Below the pieces are notes generated by a model, which saw only the letters and a program-made list of their open reading frames with translations, was not told the origin of the DNA and searched no databases. 64,000 nt of DNA from Camelus ferus (taxonomy: Eukaryota): contig NC_045696.1 in the NCBI RefSeq assembly GCF_009834535.1, forward strand, positions 39,434,001-39,498,000, read 5' to 3'. A program made the position numbers and the translations under genes. Shown here piece by piece: positions 52,201 to 64,000 of this stretch (positions within the stretch are counted from its first letter, which is position 1; each line of letters opens with the position of its first letter).

Positions 52201-53519
52201 AGTTACAGAGTTTTAAAGAAGCCTCCTAACAGCTTGTATCAAATGCTAATAATACAATGATAATAATTATAAAGATGTAGCTAACATTTATTAACTGCTT
52301 ATTATTCACTTACTAATTATACCCATTTTACAGATTAAAAAGCTGAGAATTGGAGAAGCTAAGCAGTCTTCCCAAGGATGTTGCACACTTTTCTTTGGAA
52401 TTTCAGTTTTGGCAAATAATTCAAAAATGTACTTTTGAAAAAATTAAAATTGAATCAAAGATATTAAGAATTCATGAAGCAGTTCTGTCCAAGGAAATGG
52501 AAGACCGCTGCTTAGATGACCCATCCTTGGAACCAATGAGCTAGAATTTATAGAAGGTTAGTTCTCTGTTCAATAAAAAGTATAAGCTTATTCAGAATTA
52601 AACTATTCAATCAGGGAATGAACTTTCCTGAGAAGTAGTAAGCTCCCCATCACTGGGCATGTTCAAGCAGAAACGTAATTACCTGTTAGGTATAGTACAG
52701 AGAAATGGGAGCAGCTTACCATTGGGTTCCCTTTCAAATCAAAGTTCTGATGTTCCTATGAGAATAGAAGCTTCCCTTTGTTATCCTTCACATTGAACTG
52801 AGTTAAAGCTTCTGATTGCACAAGGCTGGATTAAATATATATCCTGAGATTGTGGGGTTTTAAAAACAATAGTAAACACTTAAAAAGTGCCTATTATGGG
52901 TGTGACACTGCTTTACATAGATTAGCACAGGTAATCCTTCCTACCATGCTATGTACACAGGATTTACATAAAATTCTAGCCTTGAAACCTAGGTACCAAA
53001 TACATGTTCTTCAGCACTCTGCAATGTTTTAAGATCCACATAGTGAGATACAGCTGCCATTATAGGGCCCTACAAGTGGAGAAGGGTTTAGCTAAGACAC
53101 TGCAGATAAATGAATAAACAGACACAGGAAGTGGTTTGTCACATAATAGGGAGTTTCTATCCATGTTTCTATAGTTATGTCACCAAACCACAGGCTGACA
53201 CTAAGAAAAAAGAATCAGTGCCAGAAAACCCTCGATACCATTAACATTCCTTGATTTTGAACTCAGTACAAACTAGCTTAATCTAAAAATTTTAATTTAA
53301 TATGAGAAAAAAAAGGAGAAAACCATAAAAATAGCATTCATAAGTTCTCTAGTCCTTGTTTCCTTATTTTGTTCATAACAACAGGATTTGTTTTCACAGA
53401 GCAACAACCACAAGACCTTACCATCCCTTACTGAATGCAAATCATGGTAAGATGCTGGGAGGCAAGGTCTTGGCACCTACGAGCTTCTGTAACTCAGTGG
53501 TTCCCATTACAGCTTCGAA

Positions 53520-53720
53520 GCCAAACCACTTGAGGCTGGACAGTTGGCTCTGGGGTGTTGAGCAAATATGTCATCTATCTACCCTGCCTTTTTTCTCACA
53601 TATGCAATAGGACATAATAGCACCTCTCTCACTAGGATCCTTTCAAATACTGAATATGTTAACTCATGCAATTTTAAAACAGTGCCTGGCATGTAGTAAA
53701 ACCCCTACTAGTATTAGCTA
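53520..53720 (+). mobile_element. MIR SINE
   Basis: ataatagcacctctctcactagg...aacagtgcctggcatgtagtaaa...tattagcta. Confidence 0.6.
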
Positions 53721-54539
53721 GTGTGAGGGGAAATGGAGCATTTGAGCATAAATCTGAGCTTACAAAGAGATAAATAATGTTACCTAGTGGTACATGAGAA
53801 GCAGATGAGAGTTACAGATATGAAATATGCTGGGGTTCAAAGTGGAGTGAGATGGTTATGGGTGGGAGTGGTAGGGGCCACTGGGGCAGACTCTCAAGGT
53901 GAGGAGAGAAGAGCCAGAAACGAATTCTTCTGCCCACCTTTGATGTGGCATGGCTTTCAGATGCTCTCACGAGTATGACATTCTCAGCTAATCTGAGGTG
54001 GTCTGTGAAGCACAATTGACCACAAAGGGGGAAAAAAATAGTAAGAGAATCAAAAAGTTAAACAATAGGTGGGAAACAATGATATATAAAACAATGAAAA
54101 TACACAGAGGAGTAACGTGTTATTTCCTTGACAAATAAAACATACCTACATATAAAAGAATGTTTAATATTTTGGTATATGTGTAAATATCTATCACTGA
54201 ATTTTCTCTCTTCCAGAAAAATTCCTCTATCAGATTACTCAAATTTCTTAGCTTTAAAATTTTGTTTTTGATGTTGACCAGAGAAAGTGAAAAGCAATTT
54301 ACTGACACTTCTATCTTATACAATGTAAACACACAGCATGTTTATATTTTCCACTGTGAAGGGGAGCGCGTGAGCATGCAAATGACTAAACTCTTCTTCC
54401 TGACTAATCTCATCTACTCCTCTTCCTACTTCTAAAGTGATAACTAATTATTTATCTAGTTTTCCATTTATGATATATCTAATCAATTGTTTTAATGTCT
54501 TCAGTATGGCTTTAACTGATTTACTAAATAGGTGACGTT

Positions 54540-54720
54540 TGGATACACTGAACAGTTTACAGAACTCTTTCCCATGCATTATCTCAGCTACCTCTCACAG
54601 TAATTTTGAAAGGAACACATTACTCATTCTGTTTTACAGATGTGGTAAACTTGAGAGTAGAGTCGGTGTGACTTTCCCTAGATCACACAGCTGCGACTGG
54701 TCTGAGATCTGGGCTCAGAT
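54540..54720 (-). mobile_element. MIR SINE
   Basis: cattatctcagctacctctcacag...ttttacagatgtggtaaacttgag...gtgactttccctagatcacacagct. Confidence 0.6.
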
Positions 54721-55522
54721 CGTACGGGAATATTATCAACGGTTTCAGAAATGGTCGTTATGCATTGAAGGGTCCTCTGGTAGCTGGTTAAAAAAGGAAA
54801 AGGGGGAATGATACAGACTTTGTATGAGTCTCCGTCTATAAATGTTTTTGTGTTGTCACTTATTTGTCTTATTTCATTTTTGTTTTTGTTTCTCCTCACA
54901 AGACTCAGAAGCCTCCCAGGGACGGCAACTAATTCCCACACCCCCGACTCTGGTCTGGGCTCTGTTCTTCAGGGGAGCAAGAGCTGGACGAAAGGAGCAC
55001 GACTCCCCTCTAGTCACAGAGACGTACTGGACTGCTAGGTCCTGGGAAACTTTCCCAGGAACTGTCCTATTGCTTCATCGTCACTGGGGATTAGGTAAAT
55101 TGTTAAAGCCCCAGGCCTGTGTGCTGGCTTCATAGCCCCAGAAAATGTGTCAGCAAAGCTACTTCCTACTGTGAAACCCTTTAGCAGAAATGGTGGCTCA
55201 TGACAGGCCTGCAACAATGTAAGGAATTTTTACCAAGAGCTTGGAGGCTGGACTGTTGGAGGAGAGGTTAGCAGGAAGCCCAGGATAGCCGAGGGGCTAA
55301 CTCAGAGGCAGTTGCCGGCCACCTGAGAGGAGAGTTGCTTCACCCAGTCCTGGGAAACATGGACTCATGGCCTGATGACCCCTTTGGAATTCTGAGTCTC
55401 TTTAGTGTATGGAGTGAGAAAAAAGATACAGAGAATCTTCCTGGATTAGGGGAAACGGAAGGGGGGATGCACACACGAAAAACGTCAAGTGGTTGGTAAA
55501 GGCAAGGAGCAGGCATCAGTGG

Positions 55523-55941
55523 TGTGATGGTTAATTTATGTCAACTTGGCTGGGTCACGGTGCCCAGATACGTAGTCAAACATTATTCTGGGTATTTCCA
55601 GGAGGGTGTTTTTCATGGAGACTAACATTTAAGTGAGTAAAGCAGATTGCTCTCCATAATGTGGGTGGGCCTGTTCCAATCAACTGAAGGGCTGAACAGG
55701 ATAAAAGACTGAGCTTCCGGAGCAAGAGGAAATTCTGCCAGCAGACAGTCTTCACGTGGACTTGTATGACAGCACTGGCTCTTCCCTAGGCCTCCAGACT
55801 GATGGCCTTAGAACCTGAACTGCTTAGGATGAGACTTGGCAGCCTCCATACTTGCATGAGCCAATTCATTCAAATAAATCTCTTGAGATAGACATATATC
55901 TCCTATAGGATCAGTTTCTCTGGAGAACCCTGACTAATACA
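55523..55941 (+). mobile_element. MLT2 (ERVL) solo LTR
   Basis: tgtgatggttaatttatgtcaacttggctggg...gagtaaagcagattg...aataaatctc...tttctctggagaaccctgactaataca. Confidence 0.85.
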
Positions 55942-58900
55942 GGCATGTTGTAGTCCTCAGGCTTCAAGAAAGGGACCTGAAGCTGGTGAACAAAAACCAG
56001 CGATAGAGCACCAAGCCATACTGTGGCTCCATTTGGCAAGGTACTTCGGTACTGATCTCACTCCTGGCTTCTTAATTTTCCAACATTACTTTCCTCTTGC
56101 CAACTTTTCTTACTTTTAATTGAATACATCCTAATATATTTTATGTGTTATTATAAATCACCTTAATTCCTTTTCAGGATAAGTTAGAAGTATAAATAAA
56201 TAGATTCTCTTTATTTGAAGCAATTATTTAAAGCTAGATTTAGATTTCTACATAAAAGGAAGGAACATATGAATTATCCAAACCTAAGAAGAAAATCATG
56301 AGGAGAGACAGAAGTCCAATTGTGTGTGAAAGTATCTTAGTAACAGAAGAGAAAGTATTGAAGTTAATCCAAAGGATAAAACATCAAACCACAGAGATGT
56401 AAGCAAGAACCAAAAACTCTCTTAAAAAAAAAGGTGAGTTACAAAATGGAAAATGAGTTTGGTGTTAGTATGCCTACTTAAATTTTTGTGAAAATTGTCA
56501 AATTAAAAATATTTTCTGGTGGGAGAAAATTAAAGGGTTCAAGGATACAACATATAGTTAATGCAAACACGATCCTATGCTATCTATGTACATATGCTTT
56601 TCAAAATGTGTATGCTTCTAACTCCAAATTAATAAAAATCCAGGTAAAATTTCATGCTATGTCAAAAAGAGGAGCTTAGGGCATTTCTGACTTTATCTCC
56701 GATTATAACAAGACACTAAAAAATAATGAGGAACTCAGAATGTCACACCACAAAAATAGAGCAGGAGTGAGAGGGCTCCACCCACCTGCCCACATGAGAA
56801 CCTGGCCGGTGAGAAACCAAACCATGTAACAACTCTGAGAGAAAGCCCACAGACTTAATGAAGAAGCATCCTTCATCTAGGAACTCGTTTTTCCCAAACA
56901 GAAAGTGTCCTTCAGTCAGTCTCCTTGCTCTCCTGTGTTGTATCTCACCAACCCCACCAGGAATTAATGACGCTGTAGGGGCAGCACAAGGATTGTGTGA
57001 TCGTCAGTCCAGGGAGGCCAGATATTTTCTTCCAAGCCCCAGGCTGGCTCATTCCTTCAGCTGAACTTCCTCCAATTTGGAGGGGATCAAGGGGGAGCGG
57101 TGAGGAGTTGTGGGGTTTTGTTCTTTCACTGGGTAACTTTCATTTCTATTTGTATTCTATTGATTGCCAAGGAAACCATGTTGAGGTTTTCAACCACTGG
57201 TAGCTTCAGCCCTTCAAGTTGTCATTAGAATAGAATCTGAAGAAAACTAAGTAGAGCTATAAAAACCAGAATATTTTTTTTTTTTTTAGGTTTCTTTCTT
57301 TACAAACACAACTATGCTTAAGTTCCTCTATAACTCATGAGATGCTTTTGTGGTTGAGCCAGAGGGCTGCTATGTTTAGAGAACATAACCCCAGAAACAG
57401 TGGTCAAGTCAGTTAGATGGTCATTGATTTCAGTATAACTTATAATCTCCCAAGCAGAAACTTTAAAGAGGTCACACATCTGAGACACTGTCCAGCACTC
57501 CACCTCTGAAATACCTTCCCCATATGCCTTGACATGTATGAAATCTGTAACTGTAGTTTGAATTTTATGAATATTAATTTTACTTACCAGCACAGATAGA
57601 AAAGAAACTTTAGTGCCACACTGAAAGTTCTATGAATCTTGAAGAATTATTAGAACCTATTAAGTAATTCTTTTCTATGACTATATTGATCCCTTAAACG
57701 TTAGAAGATAACATGAATTTAATAAATCTTAACATGAGGTTAAAAACAGGAAGAGGTCTTTAAAACACTGATAAGGTGATGGCAACTCATGATTAAAAAA
57801 AAAATCAATGGAAAGTTCTTTCTGATAAAAAACACCTATCTGATAGGAAAGTATATATAATGAAAACAGTGTTTTGAGATCTTAAAAAGAATTTTTGAGA
57901 TCTTAAAAAAATTCATGACTTTTACTTTTAAATTTTTTAAAATTAATCTAATAAATGCCAGCAGTTAAAAACAAAATCAAAGGCTTAAAATGAGAAACAG
58001 CAATTCTCCGTCCCATGGGTATACAACCCTAGTCCTGCTCTCCAAAATCAACAACTTTTAAGTCTTCCAGATTTATCTTTTGTTTACCTCTACATTACTA
58101 AATAACTAGAGGTCTGTCTATTGTCTTTGCTTCTCTCTCTCTCTTCTCAGATATTTGGAGATTTCCCTCAAATCTCTGATGATCCATGCCCTTAAAGAGG
58201 CACTAAAAATTTGACTGAGGGATGGGGTAGTGCAGGTGGTGATGAGAGGTGGGTAAAAGAAAGAGCTAATCATTGTGAGGTGAAAATATCAAAGCTCCCT
58301 CCCAGGGTAAAGATTTTGTTTTTGTTTGGGTTTTTTTTCCCTCTAGAACTATTCTATAAAATTGTTTTCTGGAAAAGAGCCCTGGAATCTCCTGCCCAGC
58401 TGGAGGCCAAATTCCCCTGAAGGAAAGGGGTAGGCAGTAGTCAGTGGCTCACTTTTCAAGAAAACCCCTATTTTCAGTGCCAGCCTGTCCTCTGCCTCTG
58501 AAGGGGTTTTAAATAACAGAGGGAAGTACTTAAGATATAAAGTTAAGGGGGGAAATTAGGAGACAAAATTGTACACACAGTATGATTTAACTAAATTCAA
58601 ATATGCATGAAATAGCTAGCAATACACCAACATATTGAGAGGTTGTGGTTATTTCTGAACGGTGGTATAAAATGTGATGATTATTTCCTTCTTGATACTT
58701 GTATTTTCTAAAATTGCCACAAAGTACAGCATGAATTTAAATTTAGGGGAAAAATACTTGGTTTTAAAGAAACACATATCAGGATGCCAAAAAGAAAATC
58801 CAGGAAGGTAGGTACATGTTGCTATCAGAATTTAAAAGAATTTTTCTGCCCCTAGTTTAAAATGTATAATTAAATATTTAATATATTAATATTTAGAAAA

Positions 58901-59704
58901 TATGAGGCTATTAAGAAATATATTGAAATACTGAAATGGTCCCTTGTGTAAAAGAATCCAGTTCAAGAAATAGGACACTGCTTAGTGTGAAGCCCTCTGG
59001 AAGCCCTGCCTCGACCCTTCTCCCCACTCCCCAGAACCTGGATTTGTCCTTGGTTTTTCATCAGAGTTTTATCACCTAAAAACAGTCTATGGCCTAGCTC
59101 TGCATCTTTTGAATTTTACACAAATGGAATCATGTCATATGTATTATTCTACAGGTTGCTTTTTTTTTTCACTCTATGTTTGTGTTTTTTGTGGATAATT
59201 CTAGTTTATATTTTTTATCTACTGAATACCTCTATTATTACATCTTTATTCAACATCTTAGTTCTCCCTTTCTTTAGACAGCATCCATTAGTTCCCTCTA
59301 AAACCAATAAGAAATTAGCATATTTCCATTTCCTCCCGTGACTCCAGCCAGAGGTAAGACAAACTTAAGTGTTCTTATGTTTTCTTTCTTTACTTTATCA
59401 AGATATTCTGTGTTCTGATTTTTCCAATTGCATTTTTAGTCCTTAAAAGCATAAACATGTATTTGTATTTGTACAAGCAAATTTTGAATTTTTTTGATCC
59501 TATGTCACTAATTTCACACTCCCCCAAATATCCTTGCTTATTTGTGAATTAAATATACACATTAATGTACTAATTTATTATGAACAAATAATTAAATTAC
59601 AAACAAAAATAGAACTTTTGAAAGGATAAAAATGTTTTCTTACCTTTCCTCACTGAAATATCTCTTGCATGCCCTGCGGTATAGACACCCTCCCAATTTA
59701 GATG

Positions 59705-59815
59705 AGTAGTCCTCAGCCTTTTCAGGATCATGCATCCTTTTGAGGGTGAAATTAGCAATACAGACTCTAAGAAAAATGCACACATTTTCTCATGATTTCA
59801 GGCAATTCACAGTTC
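59705..59815. mobile_element. hAT-type MITE fragment (family uncertain)
   Basis: cctcagccttttcaggatcatgcatccttttgag...agaaaaatgcacacatttt...atttcaggcaattcacag. Confidence 0.4.
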
Positions 59816-60464
59816 TAGGAACTCAAGGTGCACACTGTACTTTACACATTCAACATTACTGGGATGACAGACATTTCCAACTTCAGACTGTCTCTGTAAT
59901 CAAGACAGAAATGAAACACCATGGAGCCATCTGACGAGATATAAACATCACTGCTTGAATAAATATGTAATAACTCCTTTAGATAATTTCTCCAACAATT
60001 CCATGGTTCAGTGAGGAGAGCTCTCCTTTCTCTCTCATCTTCTCTCCTTTCCTGCCTCCTTCTCCTCTTTTGCTGTCCTGGTCTCTGCCTCTCTCTCACT
60101 GTCCCCATCTCTGTCTTCTCTTCCTCCTTCTCTTCAGTTTGTCCTCCTCCCCACCCACCATCCAGCAAAACAAAACTCTCATGATATACTGGAGCAAATG
60201 GGCTCCACCTACTGGCTCTTCAAAGCATTTCATATTTAAACACAACTTGAGAAACTGGAAACACTACCTGACATGTCAATGGAAATAACTTTATGACCTA
60301 AATTTCAGTACCTAAGAAGACCTTGGTAATTTATCGACTAGGATCATTTCTAAAAATCTGAATTTAATTCCTGATTTATCAAACATGTTACTTGGAGCGT
60401 GTGCTATTTTAATAGATCCTCTTATATGTGGACTCATAGTTAATATTTTAACCCTGATTACAAC

Positions 60465-60815
60465 TGAGACAGGAGGGAAAGGGGCAGGACACCACCACTG
60501 AAGGAATGACACAGCAATTGAGAACAGGACAAACTAGTTAGAACCAAGATGGTGGAAAATTCGACTTCTTGTAGACCTTGAGCCTCATGGCACACCCACA
60601 GGCGCCATGACAGTTCCTAGGTTGACCATAAACGGCCAGAAAGCGGGCAGGGGCCCAAAGTAGTTAGATTAATTCTCCTACTCACTAGCGTATGAAATTA
60701 CCGAGCCCATTAAAACCAACAACTCCCCTCCTCTGTGGTCACTCTCTCTCTTGCATTCTCAGCCTCGCTCTTGAATTGTGTCCTGTGCAAGGCAAGAATC
60801 TATTCTCCAGCAACA
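60465..60815 (+). mobile_element. ERV1-class solo LTR, MER41-like
   Basis: TG...CA termini with caac/caat flanks; contains aaccaagatgg, cacacccacaggcgccatgacagtt and ctcgctcttgaatt...gcaaggcaagaa, which I associate with MER41-type LTRs. Confidence 0.65.
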
Positions 60816-61139
60816 CAATCACACCCAAGTTGTCCCTTTTGATTCCTTTCCTCCCTACTCCAATGGTTCAGTGAGCTGCTCTCAGGACCCTTCCCAACAC
60901 CTCTTTCTTTCCCTGCCCATTTCTCCACCCTCAGTTCAATCTTTGACTCTCCCTTCTTATTACACTGCACACACTTCCTCAAACGGCTCACCTACTTCTC
61001 CAATTCTCACCTTCACAAAAACAGTCGGCAAATACACGTTTCTAGCTGAGCTCTACACTCACATCTCCAAAACTGGTACAGATACCTTGCAGGCATGGCA
61101 AGCTCATCAAATCCACTCTCCTTATTTGTTTAATGGCAT

Positions 61140-61290
61140 CCAACCTGTTCCAGTCATCCACTGCTATTTAACTAGCCACTCTAAATTTAGTGACATAAAA
61201 GGGCAGCCATTCTATTATGCTCACAGATTCTGTGAGTCAGGAATTTTGTCTGATAGGGCACAGCAGGGATTGCTTGTCTCTGCTCAGCTA
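61140..61290 (-). mobile_element. MLT1 LTR fragment
   Basis: tattatgctcacagattctgtgagtcaggaattt...gggcacagcagggattgcttgtctctgctc. Confidence 0.6.
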
Positions 61291-61515
61291 GAGCTGAGAA
61301 CACTATCTTCTGCTACTGCAGGAGAGATACGACATCTCCCTCACATAACTAAAACAGTGGGAGAGGTAAAGATGAAAAGCAGGTGCTTGTTCTTTGTTCC
61401 ATAGAACCATTCACATTATTTTTAAGGACCACTCTCTTGTTGAATAGCATGTAAGATCAAGGACACATTAAAGAACTAAAAATTACTTGCAGCAATAGTT
61501 AATGGGTATTGATAT

Positions 61516-61980
61516 TGTAGACAAAGAATGTTGCCTGGCTTATCAGTAAACAAAGGATGCCATCAGCCACTGCAGTTGCCCCCAATAGTGCACCCTGAGG
61601 GGATTCAGGATAGAGAAAAACAGGACACTGGCTTTACATAGTTCAGATACACATCAAAGGAGTAATTTCAAAGCCCTTTGCATTTTCCCATACAAAGAAA
61701 GACACTAAATTATTAACTTGAGATGTCTGGGGTTTTTTTGTGATTGGCAGTAATCTTTTGATGTTTAACTACATGGTTTTTTAGGGGGTTTTTGTTTGTT
61801 TGTTTTGGTTTGGTTTTTTTTTTTAGCGAAAACTCCCATATATCCTAGCTCCTCCCCTACTTCTTTGGGACTGTTCCCTAGAGCAATCTGAGAGGCTGCT
61901 GTCCTGGCTATAATTTTCAGTAAGGTCACTAATAAAACATAATTCTCAACTTTCAGGTTGTGCATTTTTTTCAGTTGACA
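61516..61980 (+). mobile_element. ERV1-class solo LTR with perfect 4-bp TSD
   Basis: atat|TGTAGAC...AGTTGACA|atat; AATAAA at 61931-61936 followed by a T/G-rich U5-like stretch. Confidence 0.8.
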
Positions 61981-63069
61981 ATATCCATATTATTAGAAAT
62001 ATTCTTTGAGGATATCTGCCAAATTAGTTATTTTTAATAGTTAAACTATAACCTGAATTGTAATAAATCGATAAATTGGTTTGAAACTCTGCATGTAATA
62101 CCCAGGGTTAGAAAGATGGCAAGCAGTAGGCATGGAGGATTCTAAAAGCCTCAGGCTGCCTCGTCAAATCAGAAAATGGAAGCAACGCTGACCAGCACTA
62201 AGCGCAAATAAGCATAGATAAATCACTATGAAGATTTTCATTTACAAATGCATTATTCATTTGTTGCTAGGTAACAGAGGTGTTCGACTGGTACAACTTG
62301 ATTGTGAACTTTAGTTTGGTACCTCCCTACCCACTTCATAAGCACATACATCCACGAGAGTCAATGCTGTATCTCTAGATGATCACAAAACCAGCTCGCT
62401 TTCCTAAGTGACTGTCAACTCATTGAAACCATGATGGATTAGATTATGCCTAGTTTTATGTTCAAACATGTTTTGAAATGTGAACAGGAATAGGTGAAGG
62501 ATACTTTAAAATACTAACGAGTTTAACTTCTAGAATCAAAACCAAGTACACTTATTGGAAGACAGAATGCAGTTTAATTACCTTGCTCTGCTGGTATATG
62601 CTGGTGTGTATCTGGCATAAAACCACCTGCAGAAACAAGTCTGTGAGGTTTTACGTTGCATGACCCATGACTCGGATTCAGGTTATAATACAAAGGTATT
62701 TAGTGAAGCAATATTGTAAATGTCCAAGCTCCCTAACTTAAATGTGGTAGTACAGGTTTACTGTGAAATTGGAACTTACACATGTGTGTCTTTGGAAAGA
62801 AGGACCAACTTTTTTTAAATGTAGGATTTCAAACACATAGTTAATACTTGTGGCAGAGATAGTACAAACATCCTTAAAATTTTTTCTAAATGGGCTCTTA
62901 AGAGATGTATACTGGGAACCTCAGTCTTCACAGACCAGGAATGAGACAGTTATATAGAAAGTCAAACAATATTGCAAAACAATGTTGGAATACAAAGGTT
63001 AACAGGTCATTCATAAGGTAGCAGACTTTATATATGAGAAAAAGACCCACCTTAAATATTTTGAAATAA

Positions 63070-63575
63070 GTGTAGTGTGCACTGAATGACTATGAAGCCA
63101 GACTGTGATGATAGCAATACCAAAGGTAAAATGCACTGAGAGGGATGATAAGAGATTCCAAGCAGAGAAAGCAGCCACCTGAGCAAAGGTCAGATGGAAG
63201 AGAATTAAGGGAATGTTCAGGAAAACGGTGAGTGATGAGCAGGGGAGGAATGAAGGAGAAGATAAGGCTGAAAAGCGAGGTTTGGGTTCAAATGGTAGAT
63301 TGCTTTCAAAGTCAGGCTTAATTCAGAAAGTTTTCTGTAGGAGAAGGGAGGATGCTTAGAGTATTAGAGGAGGGCAATAATAATGGGATTTGGGGAAGAA
63401 ATTCTGAAGGGAGAGAATGGAGGTCATAGTGACCAAAGGCAAGTAGGGAATTGCAAATATTCAGGTGAGAGGGAATGTGGGACCTAAGTAGTGGGTGGCG
63501 GGCAGAGGCAGGAAATAAGGAACACTTCAAAGGTAGACTCAATGGGATTTGATTTGAGCAATGAAGGAGAGAAAG
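63070..63575 (-). mobile_element. LINE-2 remnant
   Basis: attccaagcagagaaagcagc...gagcaaagg, ggagaagataaggctg, tcaggtgagaggg...ggaccta, aaggtagactcaatgggattt. Confidence 0.6.
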
Positions 63576-63611
63576 TCAAATTATTTTGTGGTTTTGGTCG
63601 TGAAAGGCTAC

Positions 63612-63900
63612 GTGGTGGTTTTCATGATGACCACAAATCCTTGACACTCCTCCCATTGAGAAACTCTGGGATCTAATTCCTTCTCTTTGAATTGGGAGCT
63701 GGTCTTAATGACTCACTTGTAACCAATGGAATGTGAAGGAAGTGACATTACATAATCCCTGGGATTAGATCAGAAGGCAACCGCCTCTGCCTTGATGGGT
63801 AGAATGCGTGTTGTGAGCCACCTGTAGGCACTAGGTCCACAGTCCAAGCTAAGCCTAGCCTTCCCACAGACATGTAAGTAAAAAACCAGCAGATGATTCC
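63612..63900 (+). mobile_element. MLT1G/H-like MaLR LTR 5' part
   Basis: atgaccacaaatccttgacactcctcccattgag...tgactcacttgtaaccaatggaatgtgaaggaagtgac. Confidence 0.65.
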
Positions 63901-64000
63901 AGCATTGATAAATTTTAACAGCAAAAGACTCCTGGAAGGATAAATCATTAAAAAAAAAAAAAAAACATTATTTGGCCTTCTATTCTGGTGCTCTTTAGCA

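Noticed and set aside
60778..61404. 208-aa ORF
   Set aside because: Non-ATG start; spans an LTR end, low-complexity C/T-rich DNA and an MLT1 fragment; no domain recognisable.
62000..64000. 3' end of CPOX, expected beyond GPR15 by human synteny
   Set aside because: No CPOX coding sequence is recognisable in the window.

Overview
Mammalian genomic DNA, most likely camelid: it carries a Vic-1-like tRNA-derived SINE and camelid-type L1 3' ends. The window holds two divergently oriented genes. CLDND1 lies on the minus strand, with a CpG-island promoter near 16.5-17.2 kb, coding exons between 11052 and 16829, and a 44-nt cassette exon giving an N-terminally extended isoform. The intronless colon/skin lymphocyte-homing receptor GPR15 lies on the plus strand (24117-25206). 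The rest is intergenic DNA rich in L1, L2, MIR, MaLR/ERV LTRs and hAT MITEs. Both genes, otherwise intact, carry a single +1 base that breaks the reading frame. In both cases the extra base looks like two alleles of a CpG-transition SNP written side by side, so an assembly artefact is more likely than real double gene loss. Other highlights are a splice-controlled uORF/N-extension switch in CLDND1 and a compact candidate AhR/AP-1/GATA/STAT enhancer about 21 kb downstream of GPR15. I found no convincing evidence of a wholly new biological system. Comparisons to human/mouse proteins and repeat consensus sequences are from memory, not from a search, and repeat boundaries are approximate.
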